NCBI GenBank assembly: GCA_965230295.1
Contig: OZ246001.1
Location: 1,920,001 to 1,984,000, forward strand
Reading direction: 5' to 3'
DNA length: 64,000 bases
Source: Marinicella sp.
Lineage (GTDB): Bacteria > Pseudomonadota > Gammaproteobacteria > Xanthomonadales > Marinicellaceae
The translations under genes and the position numbers were made by a program. Below, piece by piece: positions 26,703 to 37,213 of the stretch; position 1 is the first letter of the stretch; the number at the start of each line of letters is the position of its first letter. The notes under the pieces are model-generated. The model made no database searches, was not told the origin of the DNA, and saw only the letters and a program-made list of their open reading frames with translations.

Positions 26703-27694
26703 TGAAATTTTCTGTACTAGGTGCAGGTTCCTGGGGAACGGCATTGGCGATGCAACTGTCGCGCAATCATGAAACCGTTCTCTGGGGACGAAACAAAGCT
26801 GGCATGGAAGCCATGCAACAAAGCAGAAGCAACGAACAATACCTTCCAGGTATCAAATTCCCCGAAAAACTGATCATCGAAACTGACTTGAACGCTGCCA
26901 TAGAGCAGTGTGAAGCGGTGTTGGTGGTTTGTCCCTCTCATGCATTTGGCGACATTCTGGAACAAATTAAACCGATGTTGGCACACCGGCCATTGGCTTG
27001 GGCCAGTAAAGGGTTTGAACCTGGAACCGGTCGGTTTTTGCATGAAGTGGCTGAAGACATCATAGGAAATTCTGTACCCATGGCCCTGGTTACAGGTCCT
27101 TCATTTGCCAAAGATGTGGCCATGAATAAACCAACGCTGGTGGCTGTGGCTTCTAACCATGAAGATTTTGCCATGCAAGTCAGTAAAGCACTGCACACCG
27201 ATAATTTTCGTGCCTACATTTCAACCGATGTGATTGGCGCAGAGTTGGGCGGTGCGGTGAAGAATGTCTTGGCATTGGCCACTGGAATCGCTGATGGTAT
27301 GCAACTGGGTGACAACACCCGTGCTGCATTGATGACTCGTGGCATGGCAGAAATGATGCGCTTGGGAGAGGCTTTAGGCTGTCGTCCTGAAACTTTGATG
27401 GGCTTATCCGGTTTGGGTGATTTGGTATTGACCTCAACCGGTGACTTGTCCAGAAACCGCCGCATGGGTTTGGCTTTGGGTCGTGGTGAAACCATCGAAC
27501 AAGCCAAACAAACGATTGGCCAGGTGGTTGAAGGCATAGGTACCACCGATGAAGTGATGCGGTTGGCCAGGAAACATGATGTGGACATGCCGATTACAGA
27601 GCATGTGTGGAAAGTGGTTCACGGTGAAATGACCACCATTGAAGCTTTGTCCGCTTTGATGGATCGAGACATCAGGCCAGAATTCACCAACTGA
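26702..27694 (+). CDS. gpsA: NAD(P)H-dependent glycerol-3-phosphate dehydrogenase
   Basis: GAGSWGTALA, GPSFA, GGAVKNV, GLSGLGDLVLT and SRNRR. Confidence 0.97.
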   Translation: MKFSVLGAGSWGTALAMQLSRNHETVLWGRNKAGMEAMQQSRSNEQYLPGIKFPEKLIIETDLNAAIEQCEAVLVVCPSHAFGDILEQIKPMLAHRPLAWASKGFEPGTGRFLHEVAEDIIGNSVPMALVTGPSFAKDVAMNKPTLVAVASNHEDFAMQVSKALHTDNFRAYISTDVIGAELGGAVKNVLALATGIADGMQLGDNTRAALMTRGMAEMMRLGEALGCRPETLMGLSGLGDLVLTSTGDLSRNRRMGLALGRGETIEQAKQTIGQVVEGIGTTDEVMRLARKHDVDMPITEHVWKVVHGEMTTIEALSALMDRDIRPEFTN

Positions 27695-27720
27695 TAATGG
27701 CCTATAGTTAAGTCAGACTC

Positions 27721-27748
27721 AAGGAAGACCTCCGTGTCTTCCTTTTTT
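27721..27748 (+). terminator. Rho-independent terminator after gpsA
   Basis: AAGGAAGAC-ctccgt-GTCTTCCTT followed by a T-tract. Confidence 0.8.
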
Positions 27749-27759
27749 GTGTCTGGTAA

Positions 27760-28773
27760 TTATTTTATTGGCTGATATATGTAGGTCATGATTTCAGCTT
27801 CAGACACAGTGGTCGGGTCGTTGGCATAGATTTCCCAGATGTTGCCATTGGTTTCCAGTTCATGCTCTTCGATATAGGCCCTGATCAGTTCATGAGAAGC
27901 ATCGCCCTGGTCATACGGGCCCATTTGGATGTACTTGACCGCCTTGCCGGCATAAGTCTGCCCCAGTTGAATCTCGCCGGTTTCACCTTCAACGCTGTCA
28001 ATCAGTACAGGTATGGCGGCATCAAACGCCCAAGACTCATTATCAAAACTGCGTGTTAATGTCATTGGCATGCCGGCAAAATCGATGCCGTTGGTTTGCA
28101 TGAAGGCGGTGATTTGGCCATAGGCTTGGCCCATGATGGCGCTGACATCTTCATCCATTTTGGCTTCCGTGGCCACATAGAGGATGTTTTGCGCGGCGAC
28201 TTCTTCTATACTGAAACCGGAAAAATCGTAAACTTTTTGTGCTTCAACCAAGGCTTTTAAATTACCCAATCCAGCTTCATATTGAGGACCTAACATGCGG
28301 TCCATCATTAAGCCGAAATACCGGCCCAAGACATTGCCATTGAAATCGGCATTAAAAATCCATGACACATCAGATGAGTCGCCCTTGTCAACAATTTTTA
28401 TGGTGGCCCATGAAGGGTCGTCACCTTGGCCATCAAAATACAATTCAGTTTTGATGCTTTCATATGGGTTGGATTCTATGATTTCTTGTTTACCACTGCC
28501 GACTTCTTCATTGCCTGACCATGACATTTTAGAGCCGACGCCTTTGGCCGGACCACTGAATTCATAGGTCGCATTCGGGTCCACTTTGACCCAGGGTGAC
28601 CATTGGTTGAAAGTGTGCATGGAATTAACGGTTTTGAAAACCATTTTGGCTGGTCGATCAATGGTGATAGAGCGACTGACTTGAACTTTGTCTTCGAGGA
28701 AGAAAAAACCATACGCAAAGAATGCAATCACTAAAAACAGCAATGCAAAGAATAGATACTTAAAAACTCTCAT
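27760..28773 (-). CDS. SRPBCC (polyketide cyclase-like) + GyrI-like effector-binding domain protein
   Basis: N-terminal TM, then VSRSITI…WSPW…GVGSKMSWSGN, and C-terminal GPYD…WEIYANDP. ATG at 28773. Confidence 0.8.
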   Translation of the reverse strand: MRVFKYLFFALLFLVIAFFAYGFFFLEDKVQVSRSITIDRPAKMVFKTVNSMHTFNQWSPWVKVDPNATYEFSGPAKGVGSKMSWSGNEEVGSGKQEIIESNPYESIKTELYFDGQGDDPSWATIKIVDKGDSSDVSWIFNADFNGNVLGRYFGLMMDRMLGPQYEAGLGNLKALVEAQKVYDFSGFSIEEVAAQNILYVATEAKMDEDVSAIMGQAYGQITAFMQTNGIDFAGMPMTLTRSFDNESWAFDAAIPVLIDSVEGETGEIQLGQTYAGKAVKYIQMGPYDQGDASHELIRAYIEEHELETNGNIWEIYANDPTTVSEAEIMTYIYQPIK

Positions 28774-28917
28774 ATTGAATTCCCTAGGTTTTATTTGGCT
28801 TAAATGATAGCATATTACTGAAGAAATAAATGAAGTCACATTCAGTATTTTTGGAATGTAAATCAAACCATAAAAACAGCAGCCAAGTGGCTGTTGAAAC
28901 AAACATGACAGGGGGTT

Positions 28918-30354
28918 ATGGATACCATGAACACCATCTTGACTTATGCTGAAAATTACTTGCTCGAAAGTTTGATTCTGAGCCTGTTTCTGGGCATCCT
29001 GATCACAGTTCTTGCGGCTTGGTATTGGTGGCGACGCAACAAACAGGCAGTCATTGATGCGGCTGCAGAAAAACACCTGGGCGTAGAACAACTACAGGCT
29101 CAACAAATGGAACAGCTCCAAGCCACAAATGATGAAATGGTGGGCGAAATTGAGGCCAACGAAGAAGAGCTGTTGAGGTTGAATAAGTTGGCAGTGAAGT
29201 TGGGCGAACAATACAAATACAGCCAACAAAAAGCAGGTCATGCCGAACAACTGCAAGAAGAATTGAGTAAAGCGGAAATCAAGTTGACCCAGATGCGTTC
29301 AGAAGTTGAGCACCAACAACAAAGGTTTGAGCAACAAAATGAATTTCTGGAACGTTCTAAAACCTTGTTAGCAGATCACTTCACCACGTTGAGCCAAAAA
29401 ATTCTGGAAGAAAAGACGGCCAAGTTCTCAAATAAAAACAAAGAACAAATGGACCAGGTGGTTAATCCGCTGAGCAAACAATTGAAAGAGTTTCAGGAGT
29501 TGGTACAAAACACCAGCACCCAAGGCTTGGCGCAGCAGAAGTCATTAAAGATGGAGATCGAGCGGATTTACCAGCTCAACCAGGAGCTCAGTCAAAAGGC
29601 TGAGAACCTGACCAATGCCCTGACTTCGGAAAGCAAAACCCAGGGTAACTGGGGTGAATTGATCTTACATCGCTTGCTGGAAGTGGCTGGTTTGGAACAA
29701 GGTCGTGAGTACGAAACTGAAATGAGCTTCACCAATGAGGATCAAAAACGTTTTCGTCCGGATGTGTTGATTCATTTGCCACAAGAAAAATCGTTGATCG
29801 TGGATGCCAAAGTTTCACTGACTGCTTTCGAACGGTATGTGAATGCCGAGTCGGATCAAGAACGGCAGGAGCAGTTGAAACAACATGTTCAGTCCATGCA
29901 AACCCACATCAAAAATCTGTCAGAAAAAGCCTACCAAAACATCGAACAATTGGATTCATTGGATTTTGTCTTGATGTTTGTGCCGGTTGAATCGGCCTTT
30001 CTAGAAGCGGTCAATTCACAACCCAGTTTACTGGAAGATGCCTACAAGAAAAATGTGTTGATCTTGTCGGCAAGTAATTTACTGGCCACCTTAAGAACTG
30101 TGATGGTGTTGTGGCAGAACGAGAACCAAAATAAAAATGCCCAAGTGATTGCTGACAAGGCCGGTAAAATGTATGACAAGTTGGTCGGCTTTGTCGATGA
30201 TTTGAACCAAATCAAACAGCGCATCGGCCAGGCCGATGATGCCTGGCATGCCGCGGAAAACAAACTGAAAAGTGGCCGAGGTAACCTGATCCGTCAAGCA
30301 GAAAACCTCAAACAACTGGGCGCCAGAAATTCTAAAAATTTACCTGCAGATTGA
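28918..30354 (+). CDS. rmuC: DNA recombination protein RmuC
   Basis: N-terminal TM and coiled coil, QGNWGELIL, RPDVLIHLP, IVDAKVSL and DFVLMFVPVE. Confidence 0.93.
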   Translation: MDTMNTILTYAENYLLESLILSLFLGILITVLAAWYWWRRNKQAVIDAAAEKHLGVEQLQAQQMEQLQATNDEMVGEIEANEEELLRLNKLAVKLGEQYKYSQQKAGHAEQLQEELSKAEIKLTQMRSEVEHQQQRFEQQNEFLERSKTLLADHFTTLSQKILEEKTAKFSNKNKEQMDQVVNPLSKQLKEFQELVQNTSTQGLAQQKSLKMEIERIYQLNQELSQKAENLTNALTSESKTQGNWGELILHRLLEVAGLEQGREYETEMSFTNEDQKRFRPDVLIHLPQEKSLIVDAKVSLTAFERYVNAESDQERQEQLKQHVQSMQTHIKNLSEKAYQNIEQLDSLDFVLMFVPVESAFLEAVNSQPSLLEDAYKKNVLILSASNLLATLRTVMVLWQNENQNKNAQVIADKAGKMYDKLVGFVDDLNQIKQRIGQADDAWHAAENKLKSGRGNLIRQAENLKQLGARNSKNLPAD

Positions 30355-30366
30355 TTCAGTGGTGGC

Positions 30367-33300
30367 TTAGACCACCACTGATCCATCTTTGTCTTCTTGC
30401 GGAACTGGCGCCGTGGTTCCGCCTTGTCTTTGGTAGCCATAGATTCTGATGAACCTGTATTTCATGTTTTCTAACAAAGCGTACAAAGCAGGAATCAGTA
30501 TCAAGGTGATGACGGTGGCGAACAAAATGCCAAAAGCCAATGACACGGCCATCGGGATGATGACTTTGGCCTGTAATGATTGTTCGAACATGATGGGTAA
30601 CAAACCAAAGAAGGTGGTCAGGGAGGTCAATAAGATGGCACGGAATCTTTTGCTGCCTGCATGCTTCACCGCTTCGATGATGTTGACCCCGTGGGCACGT
30701 TCTTTGTTGATGTAATCCACCATCACCAATGAATCATTGACCACCACACCAGTCAGGGCAATCACCCCGAAAATCGACATCATGCTGAAGGTCATGCCCA
30801 ACAACAAATGGCCCACAATGGCACCGGTGATGCCAAAAGGGATCACCGTCATGATGATCAGTGGTTGGGCATAGGACTTTAATGGTATGGCCAACAACAC
30901 AAAGATCAACAGCATGGCAAAGCCCATGCCCACTTGTAAGTTGTTCAGCAAATTGGTCATTTCTTTACTGGTACCGTCCAAATCAAAAGTGATGTCCGGG
31001 TATTCAGGCACGATGGGTTGGCCTGGTTGTGGCATCAACTGACCAATGATGGCTTGCGGATCGCCAATGGCTTTGTCCACCATGGCGGTGATGCGGGCGG
31101 CCCGTTTGCGGTTGACCCGCTCAATGGAGTTGGCGGCCTTGCCTAAATTGACTTCGGCCACGGTGTGCAGTGGTAATTCATCGCCGGCACTGGTGCGAAT
31201 GCGCAATTCATCCAAAGATTTCAAAGATTCTCTGGTGGCACGGTCATAGCGCAACATCACTTTCACTTCATCATTGCCGCGTTGTAGGCGTTGTACTTCT
31301 TCACCGTAATAAGACTGTCTGATTTGACGGGCCAAATCTGATTGGCTCAAGCCCAAATTGCGACCAACTGGTTTGATCGATAATTCAATTTCGTCCTTAC
31401 CGGCTTCGATCGAGTTTCTGACATCAGAAACACCTTTGAATCCTTTCAATTTTTCGGCCAATGTCTCAGCGGCCAAACGCAATTCTTCGGTGTCACTGCC
31501 CACCAGCTTCAGGCTGACATCCGGACCCTGTCCTGGGCCCGTGAGTGACATGGTACCAATGTGGGTGGCGCCTGGAATTTCGCCGATGTATTCCGTCCAA
31601 CGCTTGAGCATTTCCTTGCCATCGATGACGGTGTTTTCTTCCTTCACCAGTTCGACAATGACTTTACCGGAAATTTGGGAATCCAGAAATGACAGCCGGT
31701 GGGTGAACACCGCACCACTTTCTTTACCCACTTCACGGCTGACATCGGCATCCAATCGAATCAAAGCTTGTTCAACCCGCTGTAACACCTCTTCGCTGCG
31801 TTCCTGTGGTGTGCCCTGTGCCATGGCAAAGTCTGCCTGCACAAAATCAGCGACAAAATCTGGCATCATTACAAACCTGACAATGCCATTGGCCATCAAG
31901 CCAATACTGAGCACCAAAATGCCAAAAAATGCCGTGAATGTCACCCCGGGTCGCCTGATGGCTTTTTCCATGATCGGTTTGTAATGGTGTTTGATGATGT
32001 ATTCCAAGCCATGATTGACTTTTCTTTGTAGGCGTAGCAAGGGTCCCGGGTTCTTGGTACCAATGTCATCAGAACGCATGTGGGCCAAATGGGCCGGCAG
32101 GATCAACTTGGATTCAACCAGTGAGAACAACAAGCACAAAATCACCACCCAGCCGATGGCTTCAAAAAACGAACCAAACAAGGTCCCAACAAACAACATC
32201 GGTGCAAAAGCCGCTATGGTGGTCAACACGCCAAAGGTGGCTGGTGTGGCCACCCGTTGCGCGCCCACCACCACATTTTTCAATGAATGTCCATGATGCT
32301 GGATTTCATAATAGGAGCTTTCGCCAATCACAATCGCATCATCAACCACGATACCCAAAACCATGATGAACCCAAACATACTCAACATGTTGATGCTGAT
32401 GCCGGTCATGGGTAAAAACATGAATGCGCCCAAGAAGGCCACAGGCAATCCCAGCATCACCCAGAAAGCCACTTTCAGCCGCAAGAACAGCGTCAAAATC
32501 AGCAGTACCAATACGGCACCTTGTAACATGTTGCGCTCCATCATGTCCAAGCGACCACGCACATAGTGGGAGGTGTCAGACCAGGTAGCCACCGACATGT
32601 TGGGCGGCATTTTGTCTCGCATGCTGGCCACATAGGCTTTGACTTGATCAGAGATGATCAACACCGATTCATTTTCTACCGCGTTGACTTGGATGCTCAT
32701 GGCCGGCTTGCCATCAAAGGTACCGATACCCCCGGTTTCAACAAAGCCATCTTTGATTTCAGCAAGGTCCGATAACAACAACCTTGAACCATCGGGGTTG
32801 GTACGGATCACCGTTTGGGCAAACTCTTTGCCTGTATAGGATTGACCTACAGATCGCAACAGCACATCGCCCCGATCGGTTTTGATGGAGCCACCCGGCA
32901 GATCGATGGAAGCCGCTCGCAATGCCGCTGCAATTTCATCAAAAGTGATTTGGTACTGGCGCAAGGTGTTTTCTTTGATTTCAATGGCTATCTCATAATC
33001 ACGACCACTGACCAAGGAGGCCATGGACACATCAGGTAAATCAATCAGGTCATCTCTGACATCGCGAGTGGCTTGCAGTAGATCATCTTCAGGCACATTG
33101 CCATAAACAGACAGGAACAGCACCGGTTGTTGGATCAAAATTTCACTGATGATGGGTTTTTCGGCTTCCTCGGGGAAGGAGTTGATGCCATCCACTCGGT
33201 TCTTGATTTCGGCCATGACATTTTTAACTTCATATTCACTGCCTATTTCAATGTTGGTTCTGGCAAAGCCTTCATTGGCCACACAGGTCGTTTTGTCTAT

Positions 33301-33546
33301 CCCTTCCAGTCCGGTAACGGCATCTTCGACTTTCACACAAATGCCTTTTTCCACTTCATCAGGTGCCGCGCCTGGATAGGTCATGCTGACCAGAACTTGA
33401 TTGACAGAGGTGGCTGGAAACATCTCTTTTTTTAAATTCCAGGCTGAATAAATCCCGCCAATCAGTAGTACCATCATCAATAAATTGGCCGCCACAGAGT
33501 TGCTGGCAAACCAATAGATGATCCCTTGATCCCATGACTTTTTCAT
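30367..33546 (-). CDS. RND efflux transporter permease (AcrB/AcrD/AcrF family)
   Basis: 1059 aa with GIVVDDAIV, GVVVNDSLV and RFRAILLTSLTT. Confidence 0.93.
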   Translation of the reverse strand: MKKSWDQGIIYWFASNSVAANLLMMVLLIGGIYSAWNLKKEMFPATSVNQVLVSMTYPGAAPDEVEKGICVKVEDAVTGLEGIDKTTCVANEGFARTNIEIGSEYEVKNVMAEIKNRVDGINSFPEEAEKPIISEILIQQPVLFLSVYGNVPEDDLLQATRDVRDDLIDLPDVSMASLVSGRDYEIAIEIKENTLRQYQITFDEIAAALRAASIDLPGGSIKTDRGDVLLRSVGQSYTGKEFAQTVIRTNPDGSRLLLSDLAEIKDGFVETGGIGTFDGKPAMSIQVNAVENESVLIISDQVKAYVASMRDKMPPNMSVATWSDTSHYVRGRLDMMERNMLQGAVLVLLILTLFLRLKVAFWVMLGLPVAFLGAFMFLPMTGISINMLSMFGFIMVLGIVVDDAIVIGESSYYEIQHHGHSLKNVVVGAQRVATPATFGVLTTIAAFAPMLFVGTLFGSFFEAIGWVVILCLLFSLVESKLILPAHLAHMRSDDIGTKNPGPLLRLQRKVNHGLEYIIKHHYKPIMEKAIRRPGVTFTAFFGILVLSIGLMANGIVRFVMMPDFVADFVQADFAMAQGTPQERSEEVLQRVEQALIRLDADVSREVGKESGAVFTHRLSFLDSQISGKVIVELVKEENTVIDGKEMLKRWTEYIGEIPGATHIGTMSLTGPGQGPDVSLKLVGSDTEELRLAAETLAEKLKGFKGVSDVRNSIEAGKDEIELSIKPVGRNLGLSQSDLARQIRQSYYGEEVQRLQRGNDEVKVMLRYDRATRESLKSLDELRIRTSAGDELPLHTVAEVNLGKAANSIERVNRKRAARITAMVDKAIGDPQAIIGQLMPQPGQPIVPEYPDITFDLDGTSKEMTNLLNNLQVGMGFAMLLIFVLLAIPLKSYAQPLIIMTVIPFGITGAIVGHLLLGMTFSMMSIFGVIALTGVVVNDSLVMVDYINKERAHGVNIIEAVKHAGSKRFRAILLTSLTTFFGLLPIMFEQSLQAKVIIPMAVSLAFGILFATVITLILIPALYALLENMKYRFIRIYGYQRQGGTTAPVPQEDKDGSVVV

Positions 33547-34745
33547 TGTTCTGCCTCGGTGTTTTGAATCGAGGTTTGTTGATTGGATTCAGGTCCTGAC
33601 AAGCGCAACAGCATACCTATTTCAGGCGCTTGAATGGGCGTGGTGATGATTTGGTCACGGCTGTTAAGGCCTTGGTCAACATAAAAGAAATCATTGGTTT
33701 TGTGTGCCACATGCACTGATTTGATCGCCAATACGCCACCCTCTGCATAGACAGACAATTGATCATTGGGCATCATCCAAGCGGTGGGAATGGCATAGAC
33801 GCCTTGATATTCCATGCCCGTGATTTGGGCTTGTAGAAAGGTGTTGAATAACAGCTTATTGGCAAAAGGATCATCCACTTCAGCAACCGCATAATTCATC
33901 AGGGTGCGGCTGTCTTTACTGGATTCAAGGCGCTTGATCCACCCAGTGGTGACCTTTTGATCCTGATCATCATAAAAGGCCACTTGTAGGGGGCTTTGGT
34001 CCAAGGCCAAATCTTTGAGGTTTAATTTGGTGATGTCCTGGTTTGATAGTGGCAGCCTCACTTCCGCCACTTCGGTGCCAGCAATGTTGCCTAATTGCCC
34101 TGAGATTCCAACAAACTGGCCCAAGTCGATCGACTTGGTCAACACAGTCCCGGTAAAGGGGGCCTTGATTTCTGTTTTTTCTAAATCGCGTTTGGCCTTC
34201 ATCAGATCGGCTTTGGCAGCCCTTAAACTGGCTTTGGCGCCATCCAGTTGTGGGATGTTCAGCAGCAGGTCACTGGGTTTACCCGCTTTGCCAAAGGATT
34301 TCCAGTCTTTCAATGCCTGGTCAGATTTCGCTTGATCTAAATCCACTTGTGCCTGGGCACTGGCCAAATTGGCCTCAGCACGGGCCACAGCCACTTGATA
34401 ATCAGCCGGGTCAATTTGTACCAATAAGTCGCCTTGTTCAAAGGTGCCGCCAGCGGTAAAAGCCGGGCTCAATGACACCACTTTACCACTGATTTCAGCC
34501 AGTAAAGCTATTTGGCGTTTCGGCATCAAGATGCCTTGTGATTGAATTTGTAAAGTCAGGTCCGAGGGTGATACAGTGGTTGTTTCAACCAAAAAGCCCT
34601 TGGGTTTTTCCGGAATTTTCGCCGGCTCTGTTTTCATGCCCCCCATGATGTTTAATAGTACGATAACAACAATCAGTATCAATACAAAGGGCAGGAGTCG
34701 TTTTAACAGGGTCGGCTTGGGATGTTGGTGGCTGATTTTTTCCAT
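33543..34745 (-). CDS. RND periplasmic adaptor (membrane fusion protein)
   Basis: AEISGKV, GDLLVQID and TEIKAPFTG; overlaps the start of the RND gene. Confidence 0.92.
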   Translation of the reverse strand: MEKISHQHPKPTLLKRLLPFVLILIVVIVLLNIMGGMKTEPAKIPEKPKGFLVETTTVSPSDLTLQIQSQGILMPKRQIALLAEISGKVVSLSPAFTAGGTFEQGDLLVQIDPADYQVAVARAEANLASAQAQVDLDQAKSDQALKDWKSFGKAGKPSDLLLNIPQLDGAKASLRAAKADLMKAKRDLEKTEIKAPFTGTVLTKSIDLGQFVGISGQLGNIAGTEVAEVRLPLSNQDITKLNLKDLALDQSPLQVAFYDDQDQKVTTGWIKRLESSKDSRTLMNYAVAEVDDPFANKLLFNTFLQAQITGMEYQGVYAIPTAWMMPNDQLSVYAEGGVLAIKSVHVAHKTNDFFYVDQGLNSRDQIITTPIQAPEIGMLLRLSGPESNQQTSIQNTEAEQ

Positions 34746-34876
34746 GATTTTATCTGGTTTTATTGTAGATGTATTGTCTCAACAGCGGCCCCCTGATGCT
34801 GTACAGATCTTGTGATTCTAACGGTGTTATTTTAAGCGATTTCATACTTTGTAACCATAGATCATATGGCATGATG

Positions 34877-35311
34877 TTAAGCGGATAAATTCAATCCTGT
34901 CAGGTAACCTGAAAGTTGCTCTACATCAGCGGTTTCCAAGCTTAGCATGACATTTGTCGAAATTTGGTTAAGGGTGTTGCTGGCTTGCTGATAGGTTTTC
35001 AATCCACGGGCGGTTAATTTAACCAAGCTGACACGCGCATCTCTGGGGTTCACTTCTTTGCTGACCAAACCAATTTTTTCCATCGGGTTGAGCATTTTGG
35101 TGATGCCAGAAGCTGATCGGCACAACAGACTGGCCAAATCAATGCGTCGTTGCATCAGTTGCGGAGAGGCGTTCAAGTGGTGTAAGACCATGAACTCGGC
35201 AAGCCCAATCCCATGGACGGCGCCCAGGTTGGCATCCAGTTTTCTGTTGATGGCGGTGTTTTGGGTCCACATTTGGATCAGTGTCGTACTTTGTTGATTG
35301 ATGGTTGTCAT
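34877..35311 (-). CDS. MarR-family transcriptional regulator
   Basis: RIDLA…SASGITKMLNPMEKIGLV and RDARVSLVKLT. Confidence 0.9.
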   Translation of the reverse strand: MTTINQQSTTLIQMWTQNTAINRKLDANLGAVHGIGLAEFMVLHHLNASPQLMQRRIDLASLLCRSASGITKMLNPMEKIGLVSKEVNPRDARVSLVKLTARGLKTYQQASNTLNQISTNVMLSLETADVEQLSGYLTGLNLSA

Positions 35312-35339
35312 TTATATTTCACAAGTATTTTACTGGTGC

Positions 35340-35367
35340 AGTATATGTGAAATAAACCATTTGTCAA
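35340..35367 (-). promoter_or_regulatory. Sigma70 promoter of the MarR gene with a possible operator
   Basis: TTGACA-N16-TATACT on the minus strand. Inverted repeat ATTTCACA…TGTGAAAT overlaps it. Confidence 0.55.
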
Positions 35368-35412
35368 TGATAATTAGCTATGTGAGTTGTTGATCTGAGA
35401 TTTAGTTAGTAT

Positions 35413-35447
35413 CGTCATCCCGGACTTGATCCGGGATCCAGTGTCTT
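35413..35447 (+). repeat. CGTC-type REP arm, left boundary of the DUF262 islet
   Basis: CGTCATCCCGGACTTGATCCGGGATCCAGTGTCTT. Confidence 0.9.
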
Positions 35448-35557
35448 ACTGTTTTTGTCTGGTTTTTCATAATAACCAGACACATACATCTCATTAGTTA
35501 TAGTAAGATGTACAATTAATTTTAATATAAATGTTAATGCTTTATTAGTTTTTTCTT

Positions 35558-37106
35558 ATGGCCAAAATAAATTTAGATGCATTAATTCCGAGAGAAGATT
35601 TTGAAATAATCGGAAGCAGTACTAACTCAGCACAAATTGATAGACTTTCAGCAAATGATTTGTCTAATGAAATGATTTACCAATTGTTGCGAAAACCAGA
35701 TTTTCAAAGAGAAACAAATGAATGGGACGCCAAAAAAATTTATGAATTTATTGACAGTTTTCTAGAGGGTGATTTAATCCCGTCGATTATTTTATGGAGG
35801 AGTCAATCAGGATTAATTTTTGTTATTGACGGTGCCCATAGACTTAGTGCATTAATTTCATGGATAAATGATGATTATGGTGATGGAAAAATATCACAAA
35901 AATTTTATGAGAACAATATTACTGAAGATCAACTTGAAATAGCTGATAAAACAAGAAAACTAATAAACAAAAAGATTGGTTCGTACAGTGAGATTGCAAA
36001 TGCGCATATTAATGATAACTCAACACAAAGACATCTAAGCAGGGCAAAAAACATGGGTGTTATTGGCATTCAGGTTCAATGGGTTCCAGGAGATGCAACA
36101 AAGGCAGAGAATTCTTTTTTTAAGATTAACCAGAAAGCTTCAAAGATTGATCCAACAGAATTAAAACTTTTGGAGTCCAGAAAAAAGCCAAATTGTATTT
36201 CAGCAAGAGCAATTATACGAGCAGGTAAAGGACATAAATATTGGTCAAGTTTTAATGCAGAAAATCAAAACAGGGTTCAAGAGTTGGCAGAAGAAATTAA
36301 TACAATTTTCTTTACACCTCAACTAAGAACTCCAGTTAAGACGATGGACATTCCAATAGGTGGAAAAATATCTAGTTCTCAAACATTGCCATTGATCTTA
36401 GAATTTGTTAATCAAGTTAATAAAATACCAAATAATTTTAAAGAACATTTGGATGATGATATTTCTGGAAATGAAACTGTTAAATGTTTAATCAACGCAA
36501 GAAAAATTGCATGGCGAATTAATAGTGTTCATGCTTCATCATTGGGTTTACACCCGTTAATATATTTCTATTCTAAGGAAGGAAAATATAAAACAGCTTC
36601 ATTTTATTCAATTAACAAATTTATACTTGATTTAATTGATAGAAACAAACTGAATGAATTTATTTCTGCAAGAGAAGAATTCGAAAAATTAATCATAGAA
36701 TATGACTATTTGCCAATACAAATAAATAGAAAGTTTAGATCAGCTATTAAAGGGCTGCCTTATGTATCAGATTTCTATTTGACAGCTATGAAATTGATAA
36801 ATGATGGTCTAAATTATAAAGAGGCTATCAGACATATTATCAAGTTACATGAATATGATTATCTTGTTTTACAAGAAGAGAAGAATGAACAAGATTTTTA
36901 CAGGCGAAATTTTGACAAACTCAAAGTCAGCTGTTTTTATCGAAGAAGCATTAAAGACTGGAATAAAATGTAAGATCTGTAATGGATTTATTCATCAAAA
37001 CTCTATGACTACTGATCATATAATTCGTAAAGAAGATGGTGGACTTGGAAGCCCAAATAATGGACAGTTATCACATCCCTATTGTAATACAACATATAAA
37101 AACTAG
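35558..37106 (+). pseudogene. DUF262 (ParB-like/GmrS) + C-terminal HNH nuclease, split by a +1 frameshift (ORFs 35558-36973 and 36849-37106)
   Basis: DUF262 motifs PDFQR…W, IDGAHRLSAL and FFKIN. The HNH (CKIC…DHI…GG…NGQLSHPYCN) is in the +1 frame. AT-rich. Confidence 0.75.
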
Positions 37107-37171
37107 TAATCTAACTAAAGTATTTAGAAGCCTAAATTTCAAAATTCATGGAAAAAGAATTGTGTTGTCTC

Positions 37172-37206
37172 AAAGACACTGGATACCAGCCTTCGCCGGT
37201 ATGACA
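37172..37206 (-). repeat. CGTC-type REP arm, right boundary of the DUF262 islet
   Basis: AAAGACACTGGATACCAGCCTTCGCCGGTATGACA. Confidence 0.9.
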
Positions 37207-37213
37207 GAGCAAA

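Noticed and set aside
28774-29091. N-terminal extension of the SRPBCC ORF overlapping rmuC
   Set aside because: The real start is probably ATG 28773, just before the TM anchor. The extension overlaps the divergent rmuC gene and looks non-coding.
31358-31984. 208-aa antisense ORF inside the RND gene, and similar shadow ORFs in atp, gpsA, dapF and the FG-GAP gene
   Set aside because: These are antisense shadows of well-supported genes, explained by codon bias.
30367-34745. RND pump without an outer-membrane factor gene
   Set aside because: This is common, since such pumps use a TolC-like channel encoded elsewhere.
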